From assembly GCA_016200495.1 (NCBI GenBank), contig JACQES010000074.1, positions 177-64,176 of the forward strand: a DNA stretch of 64,000 bases, written 5' to 3'. This DNA comes from Gemmatimonadota bacterium (lineage in GTDB: Bacteria > Gemmatimonadota > Gemmatimonadetes > Gemmatimonadales > Gemmatimonadaceae). The position numbers and the translations under genes were made by a program. Every line of letters begins with the position of its first letter. The stretch's first letter is position 1. Below, piece after piece: positions 17,291 through 26,492 of this stretch. The notes under the pieces were generated by a model. It ran no database searches and was not told the origin of the DNA. It was given only the letters and a program-made list of their open reading frames with translations.

Positions 17291-18175
17291 ATGCCGCTCA
17301 GCAGCACGCAGGCCCAGTCGAAGTACTTCCAGCTCTACGCCAACTCCAAGCGGCTCGCCTGGGATCCGGCCACGGTGGACCTGCGTGCCGACGTGGCGCA
17401 GTGGCAGCGGATCAAGGCCGACCACGCCGACATCGACGCCGCCACGCAGATCCTCCAGCTCGTCGCGCTCTTCCACGCCGGCGAGGAGTCGGTCACGACC
17501 ACGCTCGCCCCGTACCTCGGCGCCGCCGCGCGCCTCGGACTCGGGCTCGACGTCGAGATGTTCCTCACGTCGCAGGTGTACGAGGAGGCCAAGCACTTCG
17601 AGTTCTTCGCGCGCTACGTGCGCGAGGTGCTCGGACCGGATGCGGACGCGCTCGACCGCTTCCTTCCCGGGCCACCGCAGCAGGTGCTCATCGACGACCT
17701 GGCCGACGTCGCCGACCGGCTGCGCCGGGAGAACGATCCCGTCGCGCTCCGGACCACCTTCGTGGAGGCCGTGACGCACTACATGGGAATCGTCGAGGCG
17801 ATGCTGGCGCGCACCGGCTACCGCGGCGTGCACGACGCGCTCACGGCGCGCGGCTGGCTGCCGGGGCTGCAGGAGGGGTTCCGCCTGATCCGCCGCGACG
17901 AGGGCCGCCACGTCGCGTTCGGCATCCACTGCATCGCCGACGCGTGCGCCGCCGACGTCGCCATGCGCGAGGTCGTGCAGGCGACGTTCGAGCGCCACCT
18001 CCCCAACGTCCTCGGCACCGTCGCGAGCTTCCAGTACCCGCACCCGCTCGTGGACGTGGCGCTGCTGCAGTCGTATGCGCTCGGCGCCTACCAGCAGTTC
18101 ATGGCGGCGGCGGGGCTCAACGACGACGCCGACGCGGCGCGCGCGCTGGCGACGGAACTCGCGGACGCGAGCTGA
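17291..18175 (+). CDS. Ferritin-like diiron protein of the ribonucleotide reductase R2 / R2-like ligand-binding oxidase family
   Basis: This is the 3' part of ORF 16958..18175, with the ATG at 17291. Two ExxH metal motifs are present (VYEEAKHFEFF and IRRDEGRHVAFG), plus upstream acidic ligands (HAGEES). Confidence 0.82.
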   Translation: MPLSSTQAQSKYFQLYANSKRLAWDPATVDLRADVAQWQRIKADHADIDAATQILQLVALFHAGEESVTTTLAPYLGAAARLGLGLDVEMFLTSQVYEEAKHFEFFARYVREVLGPDADALDRFLPGPPQQVLIDDLADVADRLRRENDPVALRTTFVEAVTHYMGIVEAMLARTGYRGVHDALTARGWLPGLQEGFRLIRRDEGRHVAFGIHCIADACAADVAMREVVQATFERHLPNVLGTVASFQYPHPLVDVALLQSYALGAYQQFMAAAGLNDDADAARALATELADAS

Positions 18176-18178
18176 GCG

Positions 18179-18670
18179 CTACTCGAGCGGCAGCAACGCG
18201 TCGGGCGGCACGTCGTAGATCGTGACCGCGAACGCGTGGCCCGCGCCGGAGAAGCACACGTCGCGCACGATGGTGGCGTCGGGAATGCGGATCACGCCGG
18301 CGGCGACGATCGGGAGCGAGAGCCGGCAGGTGGACCCGGCCAGCGCCGAGTAGAGCGCCTTGATGTTGCCGCCCACCATGTTCACGACCTCGGCCAGCGC
18401 CTCGCGCGCCGCCTCTTCCTCGGTGTCCTCGATCGGCACCTGGAACATGTGGCTCGCCGCGCCCCGCGCGAAGTCCACCGTGCAGGTGAGCACCACCGAG
18501 CCGTGCCACGCGCCCGAGATGGACACGCACCCGGCCCACACGCCGGGACCATTGCGCCACGCGCATGCGACGTCCTGCTCCACCGTCGCGCCCAGCGCGA
18601 GGTCGCCCACCGACGTGACGACGCCGTGGATCTCCTCGATGGACGGGTGGGTCTCGAGCGTCGTGCCCAT
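18179..18670 (-). CDS. cheX: CheX-type chemotaxis phosphatase
   Basis: 163-aa ORF. ...EALAEVVNMVGGNIKAL... is the typical CheX/CheC core motif. The gene lies 20 nt downstream of the CheY-like gene. Confidence 0.8.
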   Translation of the reverse strand: MGTTLETHPSIEEIHGVVTSVGDLALGATVEQDVACAWRNGPGVWAGCVSISGAWHGSVVLTCTVDFARGAASHMFQVPIEDTEEEAAREALAEVVNMVGGNIKALYSALAGSTCRLSLPIVAAGVIRIPDATIVRDVCFSGAGHAFAVTIYDVPPDALLPLE

Positions 18671-18690
18671 GGGTGCGCGCTCCGGTGCGC

Positions 18691-19062
18691 CTAGGCGGCG
18701 TGGAGGCCGAGGATGTCGAGCTTCTCGGTCAGCAGTTCGTTGGTGAACGGCTTGGTGAGGTACTCGTTGGCGCCGGCTTCCTTCGCCTTCTCGACCTGCG
18801 AGACTTCCGTCTCGGTCGTCAGCATCAGGATCGGCATGCCGCCCAGCTCCGGCCGTTTCCGCACGGCGCAGATCAGCTCGTAGCCGTTCATGACGGGCAT
18901 GTTCCAGTCGACGACCGCGAGGTCGAAGCCGCCCGCCTTCTCCATCTCGTCGAGCGCGGCCTTGCCGTCGCCGGCCTCCACGACCTCGAAACCATGCGCG
19001 GTGAGGGCACGCTTCACGATGGCGCGCGTCGCGCGCGAGTCGTCCACGATGATCGCCTTCAT
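18691..19062 (-). CDS. Single-domain CheY-like response regulator
   Basis: 123-aa ORF: MKAIIVDDS..., phospho-acceptor context DLAVVDWNMPVMNG, conserved T (MLTTE) and K (YLTKPF). Confidence 0.92.
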   Translation of the reverse strand: MKAIIVDDSRATRAIVKRALTAHGFEVVEAGDGKAALDEMEKAGGFDLAVVDWNMPVMNGYELICAVRKRPELGGMPILMLTTETEVSQVEKAKEAGANEYLTKPFTNELLTEKLDILGLHAA

Positions 19063-19235
19063 GGGACTGGTCCGGTGGTGGGAAGCCGCCCGTGGGAGGC
19101 GGCCGATGGCGCCCGGGGCTCGCGCCTCGGACGGGTCGTGTTGTGGATATCGGCGCTGCCGATCAGGAAGTTGAGCCAGCCGTTTCGGTCAGTGGCCGCC
19201 GCGCCGGGGCGCTCCCGCCCGCGCGCCCCATTCCC

Positions 19236-20513
19236 CTACGGCGCCCCGCAGCGCGAGGGGAGGAGCGACGCCGCAGCCTGCGTACGCGTCGGCACGGACG
19301 CGTCGCCCAGCACGGCCGTGCCGGTGCGCGTGGTGAGCGAGACGCGCACCGTCAGCGCATAGCCCAGCACCGTCCGCTCGATCACCGCGATCGCCGAGTC
19401 GCCGCGCAGCTGCCAGCGGCCGGCCGGCGGCGCGGGCAGGTTGGACCCGACAAGCGCCCGCGCCACCTGCGCGCTGTCGAGCAGCGCGCCCACGGGCACG
19501 CCGAAGCTCGGTTCGGGCGACCAGCCGCTCAACCGCACCGTCCAGCATGCCAGCGACACCGCGCTCAGCGCCGCCGCCGCGGGCCGGTCGAGGTCGCGCG
19601 CCCCCGCGCGCCGCGCCACGTCGCCGCGCGTGTCGAGCGACGCGCCCATCGCGCCGCTCGCCGCACCGCCCGACGCGGTCACCGACTTCTCCGCGAGCGC
19701 GGCAGCCGGCGCCGCGTTCCGCGTCACGAGCGCTTCACTCGGGCGCGCCTTCGCCTCCGGGGCCGCTGGCGCGGGCTGCGGCGCCTCGCTCGCGAGCTGA
19801 CGGGCCTCGTTGCGCGCCTCCTTCTTCGCGAGCGCGTCCTGCGTCGCGGCTGCGGGCGCGGCAGCGGGCGCGTTGATTGTCGGCGCGCGCACGTCGCGCG
19901 CATCGCGCGGACGCGGCTGGTCACCGACAACCGGCTCGCGTGGCGTGGCCGGCGTCATGCCACCGGCATTCGGCGTGACCGCGCTTCCCGCGCCGCTGCG
20001 TTGCGGCCCGGCTGCCGCGGTGGGCATGGCGCTTCCCGCGGGCGAGGCCGCGCCACCACCACTCGCCGAGATGGCCGGCGCCGCCGCCGCCGCCACATCC
20101 TTCGCGTTCACGCCACCGCCCTCGTTCACCAGCGGTGTGCGTCCCGCCGAGGTGCGCACCTCGCCCGGCGTCGCGAAGTAGATCCCGCCCGCCCCCACGG
20201 CGATCGCGATCATCGCCGCAGCGGCCCACCGCTGCGGGCGCCAGGCGCGCGGGCGCGGCGCTTCCGTCGGCGCGCGGCGCAACTGCTCGCGCGCCGCGCT
20301 CGAAGTCGGGATCGCGGCGGGCGCCACATGCGCCGGCACCGCGTCGAGCGACGACAGGATCCGCGAGCTCGCGGCGATCAACCCGCGCGCCTCCGCCGCG
20401 GCCGCGCCCCACGCGGGGTCGGTCGCCACCAGCTGCGCGATCCGCTCGGCCTCCGACGCGTCGAGCGCGCCGTCGAGCCAGGCATGGATCATCCCTTCAT
20501 CAACTGGCGGCAT
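19236..20513 (-). CDS. Anti-sigma factor, single-pass membrane protein with an Ala/Pro-rich extracytoplasmic region
   Basis: ORF 19236..20552. The ATG at 20513 (MPPVDEGMIHAWLDGALDASEAERI...) overlaps the sigma gene by 14 nt, and an alternative ATG lies at 20492. A TM helix is present (WAAAAMIAIAVGAGGIYFA). Confidence 0.75.
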   Translation of the reverse strand: MPPVDEGMIHAWLDGALDASEAERIAQLVATDPAWGAAAAEARGLIAASSRILSSLDAVPAHVAPAAIPTSSAAREQLRRAPTEAPRPRAWRPQRWAAAAMIAIAVGAGGIYFATPGEVRTSAGRTPLVNEGGGVNAKDVAAAAAPAISASGGGAASPAGSAMPTAAAGPQRSGAGSAVTPNAGGMTPATPREPVVGDQPRPRDARDVRAPTINAPAAAPAAATQDALAKKEARNEARQLASEAPQPAPAAPEAKARPSEALVTRNAAPAAALAEKSVTASGGAASGAMGASLDTRGDVARRAGARDLDRPAAAALSAVSLACWTVRLSGWSPEPSFGVPVGALLDSAQVARALVGSNLPAPPAGRWQLRGDSAIAVIERTVLGYALTVRVSLTTRTGTAVLGDASVPTRTQAAASLLPSRCGAP

Positions 20514-21024
20514 GGCCGCGTCCCCCCTCGCGCTCGCGCTGGAGCGCCTCATAGGCCTCGGCCAACCGCTTCCGCGCCCGGGCCAGCGTGGTGCCCACGC
20601 TGCCGAACGAGAGGTCGAGTGCCGCGGCGATCTCGTGATAGTCCAGGCCTTCTTCCTTCATCAGCAGCGCGTTCCGGTCGCGCTCGGCCAGCGCCTCGAG
20701 GGCCTGCCGCGCCATCGCGGCCTGCGCCGCGCGTTCGGCGCTCGCGCCCTCGGGTTCCGGCTCTGCCGCTTCTTCCGCTTCCGCGCGCAGCAGCTCGAGG
20801 TGCCGCCGCCTGCGCGCGTCCTTCCGGGCCTCGTCGCGCACCAGGTTGGTGGCGACGGCGAAGATCCAGGCGCGTTCATTCATGATCGCGTCCTGTCGCA
20901 GCGCCCGGACGAAGGTCTCCTGGGCCACTTCCTCGGCCCAGTCACGATCGCCCAGGCGCCGCGTCAGGTACCGCACGAGCGTCGCGTGATACGTCCGGAA
21001 GAGACGCTCGACGTCGGCGCTCAC
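20500..21024 (-). CDS. ECF-type RNA polymerase sigma-70 factor
   Basis: This is the last 174 codons of track ORF 20500..23334. The GTG at 21024 overlaps the upstream TGA (GTGA). Region 2 is FRTYHATLVRYLTRRLGDRDWAEEVAQETFVRAL. Region 4 is LLMKEEGLDYHEIAAALDLSFGSVGTTLARARKRL. Confidence 0.9.
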   Translation of the reverse strand: MSADVERLFRTYHATLVRYLTRRLGDRDWAEEVAQETFVRALRQDAIMNERAWIFAVATNLVRDEARKDARRRRHLELLRAEAEEAAEPEPEGASAERAAQAAMARQALEALAERDRNALLMKEEGLDYHEIAAALDLSFGSVGTTLARARKRLAEAYEALQREREGGRGHAAS

Positions 21025-23276
21025 TCGACGGCCTTCCTCACGCGCTCGAGCTCCGCATCCTTGAGCGTGTCCACGCCGTCCGGCGCGACCTGGAGCACGA
21101 GCCCCTTGCCCACGATGGTCACGCGGTCGCCGAGTGCGAACGCGTCCTTGAGCTGCGGCAGCGCCCGCACGAGGGCGAAGTACGCGGCCGAGTAGCTCTT
21201 GACCTTGACCACCGGCAGCGACTGGTCCTTGGCCCGCGAATCGGTCCACGTGTCGCCGACGAGCACGAAGCTGCGACCCGCGGTGGCGCGCATCTTCTTC
21301 TCGTTGGCGCCGCGCGCGTCGTTGGCCGCGTCGAGCACCGCGAGGCTCTTGGCCGCGCGCTGGGCCGACGCTTCCTTGGCGAGCTCGAACCGTGCCTCGG
21401 CCGGCGCGGCCGCGGGCGACGCCAGGCCCATCGCGTTCCCGCCGGACCCGGCCTGGCGGCTCAGGCGATCCACGTCCCGACGAAGCCCGAGCGGCACCGG
21501 CTGGTTGCTCGCGACCGTCATGCCGGGCTCGAGCACGAGGTAGCTCGTGAACTCGGTGGGGATGCCGAACTTCTCGCCCAGCGTGCGGATCTCGCCGTCG
21601 AGCTCGCTCGTGCCGGTGCGCCGCTTCTCCGCGGCCAGCCAGCCGATGCGCTGCGTCGCCCACAGGCGCGGCACGAACCCGTTGGCCGTCTCGCGATCGG
21701 GGAAGCTCACGTTCTGCGTCCAGCGCACGGGGCCGTTGGTGGTGCGCCCCTCGAAGACGAGCGTGCCTCGGCCGGTTCCCTCGTACTGCGTGAGCACGAC
21801 CAAGTCCTGCCCCGCGAACAGGTCCTGCGCGTCCTGCGGCATGGTGCGCACGAGCCGCACCCCCTCCGCGTGCATGCGGAGGTCGGTGACGACGGGCGCC
21901 ACCAGGCGGCTCGCGGTGATCCCGACCATGCGCTCCACGTCCTCCTCCGGGCGTGCGAACTGGGCCGTGCCCCGCCCCGACAGGGCGAGCTGCTCGAGCA
22001 GCGACACGTTGACGTCGCTCCCCAACCCGAAGGTGAACACGCGGCGCCCGCCGCGCCATGCCCGCGCCGAGTCGGCGATGACGTCGGCCCGCTGTTCGCC
22101 CACGGAGGGCGCGCCGTCGGTCAGGAAGAGGACGATCGGCAGCCGCCCCTCGCCTGAGCCCACGCGCGTCGCCTCGCGGAGCGCCCCCATGATGTTGGTG
22201 CCGCCGGCGACCTCGAGGCCGTCGATATAGTTGCGGGCTGCACCCAATTCCTCGCGCGTCGCCTCGCTCCACCCGTCGCGGAACGACCGAACGTCCGACG
22301 CGAACGGGATGATCCGGAACCGGTCCCCCTCGCCCAGCGTCGCGAGCAGCTGCCGGCCGGCCGCCTTCGCCTGCTCGAGCTTGCGCCCGCTCATCGAGCC
22401 CGAGATGTCGATCACGAAGGTCACGTCGCGCGGCGTGCGGCGGGCGTTCACCACGGGCGGCGTGAGGGTCACGAGCGCGTAGCGCGCGTCGCTCCCGTCG
22501 GCCTGCGGCAGCATGCTGATCGCGGCCTCGCGCCCCTGGCGCACCGGCAGCAACACCGTGAGTTCGCGCGCGCCCCCCTCGATCTCGACCACCTGCCTGT
22601 CGCCGTCGCGGCGCGCCTGCACGTCGTGCGTGGGCGAGTAGGGGCGGCCGTAGGGCGCGTCGGCCGAGTACGAGAGGACGAAGCGCATGCGGCCGGTGGG
22701 CGCCATGTTCGGGCGTTCGCGCGGCCCGGTGGTCGTCGGCCCGCGGAAGTAGTCGAGCCTGAGCGCATCGCCCTCGCGCTCGGCCACCTGCGAGAAGCGC
22801 ACCACGACCTTCTTCTCCTCGCCCGGCGCGATCGGGAAGATGCGTGTGCGGAGGAGGCCGTAGCCCATCCACTCGACGAGCGCGGGGTCGCGCTGCTTGG
22901 CGACGATCTGCTCGTACACCTGCCGCGCCTGCTGCGCGTTCATGGTCTCGCCGCTCACCAGCTCGCCGTTGATCGAGAGCTTGAGGTCGGTGAAGGCGGC
23001 GCCCTTGGGCAGCGGGTAGAGGTAGTCGGCCTCGCCCAGCCGCGCGCCCCGGTTCACGAAGGTCTCGGTGACCTCGTAGCGCGCGACGCCGTTGACGAGG
23101 TCGATGCGCACCACGCTCGCGGTGCGCTCCACCTGTGGCTGCATCGGCGCGCGCACCATGCAGTCCTGCGTGGGGCCGCAGCGCGGCTGCGGATCGATCA
23201 GGATCCCCTGCGCGGTAGCGCCACGGGCGACGATCGTCGCGGCGGCGAGCGCGAGGGTGAGTGAGGTCGGACGCAT
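21021..23276 (-). CDS. Exported VIT-domain plus von Willebrand factor A (VWA) domain protein
   Basis: ORF 21021..23360. The ATG at 23276 follows GGGAG and gives the signal peptide MRPTSLTLALAAATIVARGATAQG. VIT-like N-terminus: YEVTETFVNRG..EADYLYPLPKGAAFTDLKLSINGE. VWA MIDAS motif: VTFVIDISGSMSG. Confidence 0.88.
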   Translation of the reverse strand: MRPTSLTLALAAATIVARGATAQGILIDPQPRCGPTQDCMVRAPMQPQVERTASVVRIDLVNGVARYEVTETFVNRGARLGEADYLYPLPKGAAFTDLKLSINGELVSGETMNAQQARQVYEQIVAKQRDPALVEWMGYGLLRTRIFPIAPGEEKKVVVRFSQVAEREGDALRLDYFRGPTTTGPRERPNMAPTGRMRFVLSYSADAPYGRPYSPTHDVQARRDGDRQVVEIEGGARELTVLLPVRQGREAAISMLPQADGSDARYALVTLTPPVVNARRTPRDVTFVIDISGSMSGRKLEQAKAAGRQLLATLGEGDRFRIIPFASDVRSFRDGWSEATREELGAARNYIDGLEVAGGTNIMGALREATRVGSGEGRLPIVLFLTDGAPSVGEQRADVIADSARAWRGGRRVFTFGLGSDVNVSLLEQLALSGRGTAQFARPEEDVERMVGITASRLVAPVVTDLRMHAEGVRLVRTMPQDAQDLFAGQDLVVLTQYEGTGRGTLVFEGRTTNGPVRWTQNVSFPDRETANGFVPRLWATQRIGWLAAEKRRTGTSELDGEIRTLGEKFGIPTEFTSYLVLEPGMTVASNQPVPLGLRRDVDRLSRQAGSGGNAMGLASPAAAPAEARFELAKEASAQRAAKSLAVLDAANDARGANEKKMRATAGRSFVLVGDTWTDSRAKDQSLPVVKVKSYSAAYFALVRALPQLKDAFALGDRVTIVGKGLVLQVAPDGVDTLKDAELERVRKAVE

Positions 23277-23457
23277 GACGGAACTCCCTGGTTGTGGGTC
23301 GCCAAGGAGACGTCGGCGGGGCGCGAACTTGCACACCGGGCCCTCAACTGTTTGCGCCACAGGGAGTTGGCAGGGCGCCGTGTCGTTGTCACACCGATGG
23401 CGGGGTGCACGCGTCAGGCGTATGATGACTCGCCTTCAGCCCCGGGGAGTCGCCGAG

Positions 23458-24609
23458 ATGAGTGCACCAGCCGCCACTGCGGGTGTGGGACGCCTCCGAT
23501 CGCTCGACGTCGTGCGCGGCCTCGCCTGCGTTCTCATGGCCATCGACCACGTGCGCGTGTACGCGGGGGTCCCCGCCGGCGGGCCCGATCCCGGCGTCTT
23601 CTTCACGCGCTGGGTCACGCACTTCGTCGCGCCGGCGTTCTGCTTCTTCGCGGGGACGGGCGCGTTCTTCATGGGTCGCAAGCTGGGCGACATGCCCGCG
23701 CTCGCGCGCTTCCTCATCGGGCGCGGCCTGCTGCTCGTGCTGCTCGAGCTCACCGTCATCCGCTTCACCTGGACCTTCAACTTCGACTACGCGCACTACG
23801 TGCTCGCCGGCGTGATCTGGATGCTCGGCTGGTGCATGGTGCTGCTCGGGCTGATGGTGCGGCTCGCTCCACGGACGGTGGGCCTCGTGGGGCTCGCGAT
23901 CGTCGCGTTCCAGCAGCTGTTCAGCCTGCCGCCGCAGTGGGTGCCGGCGATCGCGCCGTACTGGGCGTTCCTGTATCCGGCCGACGGGAACCCCGCCTTC
24001 GGCATCGCGGTGCTCTACGTGCTCGTGCCGTGGATCGGCGTGATGGCGACAGGCTACGGCTTCGGGTTGGTGATGGAACGGAAGCCGGAGGAGTGGCAGC
24101 GGTGGTGCATGCGCGTGGGGCTCTCGGCCACGGCGCTGTTCGTCGTGGTCGCGTGCATCGTGGCCGCGGTCGGCCCCGTGAAGGAGAACGCGCCGCCCTT
24201 CCTCTTCCGCGTGCTCAACCAGCAGAAGTACCCGGCGTCGCAGCTCTTCCTGCTCATGACGCTGGGCCCTGCGATCGCGATCCTGCCATGGGCCGATCGC
24301 GCGCGCAACTGGTTCACCGACCTGTGCCACCTGTTCGGGCGCGTGCCGATGTTCTACTACCTGGTGCACATCCCGGCCATCCACCTCGCCGCCATGGTGG
24401 TCTCGGTCGTGCGCGCGGGCTCGGTGATCCCGCAGCTCGTCGGCAACTTCCCGCTCATGCCGCCGCGCATGCCCGACGACTATCAGTGGAGCCTGGGCCT
24501 GCTCTACCTCGTGTGGGCCGTCGTGGTGGTCGGGGTGCTCTGGCCGGCCTGCCGGTGGTACGCGGGCTACAAGGCGCGCCATCCGGGCGGGTGGGTGCGC
24601 TACATATAG
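23458..24609 (+). CDS. Polytopic membrane protein of the DUF1624 / heparan-alpha-glucosaminide N-acetyltransferase-like family (family name from memory)
   Basis: This is the 3' part of ORF 23092..24609. The ATG at 23458 follows GGGGAG. RLRSLDVVRGLACVLMAIDHVRVY is the typical N-terminal motif. Many hydrophobic helices are present. Confidence 0.82.
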   Translation: MSAPAATAGVGRLRSLDVVRGLACVLMAIDHVRVYAGVPAGGPDPGVFFTRWVTHFVAPAFCFFAGTGAFFMGRKLGDMPALARFLIGRGLLLVLLELTVIRFTWTFNFDYAHYVLAGVIWMLGWCMVLLGLMVRLAPRTVGLVGLAIVAFQQLFSLPPQWVPAIAPYWAFLYPADGNPAFGIAVLYVLVPWIGVMATGYGFGLVMERKPEEWQRWCMRVGLSATALFVVVACIVAAVGPVKENAPPFLFRVLNQQKYPASQLFLLMTLGPAIAILPWADRARNWFTDLCHLFGRVPMFYYLVHIPAIHLAAMVVSVVRAGSVIPQLVGNFPLMPPRMPDDYQWSLGLLYLVWAVVVVGVLWPACRWYAGYKARHPGGWVRYI

Positions 24610-24686
24610 AAGGGCGGATGACGCGGTAGACTTGGGGGTTCGCGCGCCGCCGCGCCCACCCCCTCCCGCACGTCACCCCGCCCCGC

Positions 24687-26453
24687 ATGCTCGCACTCAC
24701 TCGACTCGTCGCCGGCGCCGCGCTGCTTGCCGGTGCCGCGACCGCCGTCCCGATCCGGCCACTTGCTGATCGCGACGGCACCTCGCCGGTCCCCACGCGG
24801 CCGATGGCCAGCCGCGTCGCGCATGCATCGACCCGCCGCGACACGTATCCGCGCCAGTCGGTGGATGTCGAGCACTACCGGTTCGCCATCACGCTGAGCG
24901 ATACCACCGATCGCATCGTGGCCGAGGCCACCGTGCGCATGCGGCTGCTTACTGCGGGCCTCACGCGCGTGGAACTCGACCTGATCGAGGCGACGCCGGC
25001 GCGACAGGGGCGGGGGATGCGCGTCAGCGGCGTCGTGCTCGCCACCCCGCCGCGCGGCGGTCGCGCGGTCGCGGAACCGCCGCCCGCCACGCCGCTCGCG
25101 TTCACGCACGCGAACGACCGGCTCGCCATCACGCTGCCGGCCCCGTCCACGTCCGGGCAGGTGGTGGAGGTCACCGTGCGCTACGCCGGCATCCCCGCCG
25201 ACGGCCTCCTCATCACGGCCAACCAGCACGGCGACCGCACCTTCTTCTCCGACGACTGGCCCGACAAGGCGCGGAACTGGCTGCCCCTCATCGACCACGT
25301 GGCCGACAAGGCGACGATGGAGATGGATGTCGTGGCGCCCGCGCGCTATCAGGTGATCTCGAACGGCCGTCGCATGGAGCAGACGGATCTCCTCGACGGC
25401 ACGCGCCGCACCGTGTGGCGCGAGTCGGTGCCGATCTCCCCCTGGCTCTACGCCTTGGGCGTCGCGCGGTTCGCCACGCAGCACGTGGATGACTACCACG
25501 GCGTCCCCATCGAGACCTGGGTCTTCGCGCAGGACCGCGAGGCCGGCTTCCACGACTTCGCGATCCCCTCCCGCGACGCGCTCGCCTTCTACAGCGAGCG
25601 CATCGGCCCGTACCAGTACGAAAAGCTCGCCAACGTCCAGTCCAACTCCGTGGCCGGCGGCATGGAGGCCGCCTCCGCCATCTTCTATTCGGCCGGCTCC
25701 GTCTCCGGCACGCGTCCCGTGCGCTGGCGCAACGTCGTCATCCACGAGATCGCGCACCAGTGGTTCGGCAACGCCGTCACCGAGGCGGACTGGAACGACG
25801 TCTGGTTGAGCGAGGGGTTCGCGACCTACTTCACGCTCCTCTTCATCGAGCACGCCTACGGCCGCGACGCTTTCGCCGACGGGCTCCGGGCCTCGCGCGC
25901 CGCGATCCTCGACTTGGACGCCAAGTCGCTCCCCAACTACCGCGTCGTCCACGAGAACCTGGCCGACATGGCCAAGGTCACCACGCGCCTCACCTACGAG
26001 AAGGGGGCGTGGACGCTCCACATGCTGCGCCAGCGCCTGGGCGACGACGCCTTCTGGCGCGGCATCCGCGACTACTACGCGCGCCACGTCAACGCGACCG
26101 CCACCACCGCCGACTTCCGCCTCGCGATGGAGCGCGCGTCCGGGCAGGACCTCAAGCCGTTCTTCGACCAGTGGCTCCACCGGGGCGGCGTGCCGCGCCT
26201 GGAGGGCACCTGGCAGTACGACGCGAAGGCGAAGCAGGTGGTGCTCGAGCTCAGGCAAGTGCAGGCCACCGAGCCGTTCACGATTCCCATCGACGTGCAG
26301 GTCATCATGCCGGCCACGCGCGTGGCGCCCACGCGCATCGAACTCACCGGACGCTCGCAGCGCTTCACGATTCCGGCGCTCGAGGGGCCGATGAGCGTCG
26401 ACCTGGATCCCGAGCTGCGCGTCCTGATGGACGCGAAGCTCACCCGGCGGTAG
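24687..26453 (+). CDS. Exported M1-family zinc aminopeptidase (aminopeptidase N-like)
   Basis: 588-aa ORF with a signal peptide. The gluzincin signature is present: VVIHEIAHQWFGNAVT...WLSEGFATYF. GAMEN-like GGMEAAS is also present. Confidence 0.92.
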   Translation: MLALTRLVAGAALLAGAATAVPIRPLADRDGTSPVPTRPMASRVAHASTRRDTYPRQSVDVEHYRFAITLSDTTDRIVAEATVRMRLLTAGLTRVELDLIEATPARQGRGMRVSGVVLATPPRGGRAVAEPPPATPLAFTHANDRLAITLPAPSTSGQVVEVTVRYAGIPADGLLITANQHGDRTFFSDDWPDKARNWLPLIDHVADKATMEMDVVAPARYQVISNGRRMEQTDLLDGTRRTVWRESVPISPWLYALGVARFATQHVDDYHGVPIETWVFAQDREAGFHDFAIPSRDALAFYSERIGPYQYEKLANVQSNSVAGGMEAASAIFYSAGSVSGTRPVRWRNVVIHEIAHQWFGNAVTEADWNDVWLSEGFATYFTLLFIEHAYGRDAFADGLRASRAAILDLDAKSLPNYRVVHENLADMAKVTTRLTYEKGAWTLHMLRQRLGDDAFWRGIRDYYARHVNATATTADFRLAMERASGQDLKPFFDQWLHRGGVPRLEGTWQYDAKAKQVVLELRQVQATEPFTIPIDVQVIMPATRVAPTRIELTGRSQRFTIPALEGPMSVDLDPELRVLMDAKLTRR

Positions 26454-26475
26454 CGCCGCGCGTCACGCGCGGCGC
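26453..26475. terminator. Perfect 10-bp GC hairpin between convergent genes (possible bidirectional terminator)
   Basis: GCGCCGCGCG (26453-26462), loop TCA, CGCGCGGCGC (26466-26475). It lies between the aminopeptidase stop (26453) and the serine-hydrolase stop (26493). There is no U-tract. Confidence 0.4.
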
Positions 26476-26492
26476 CACCGCCCGGCGCGCAC

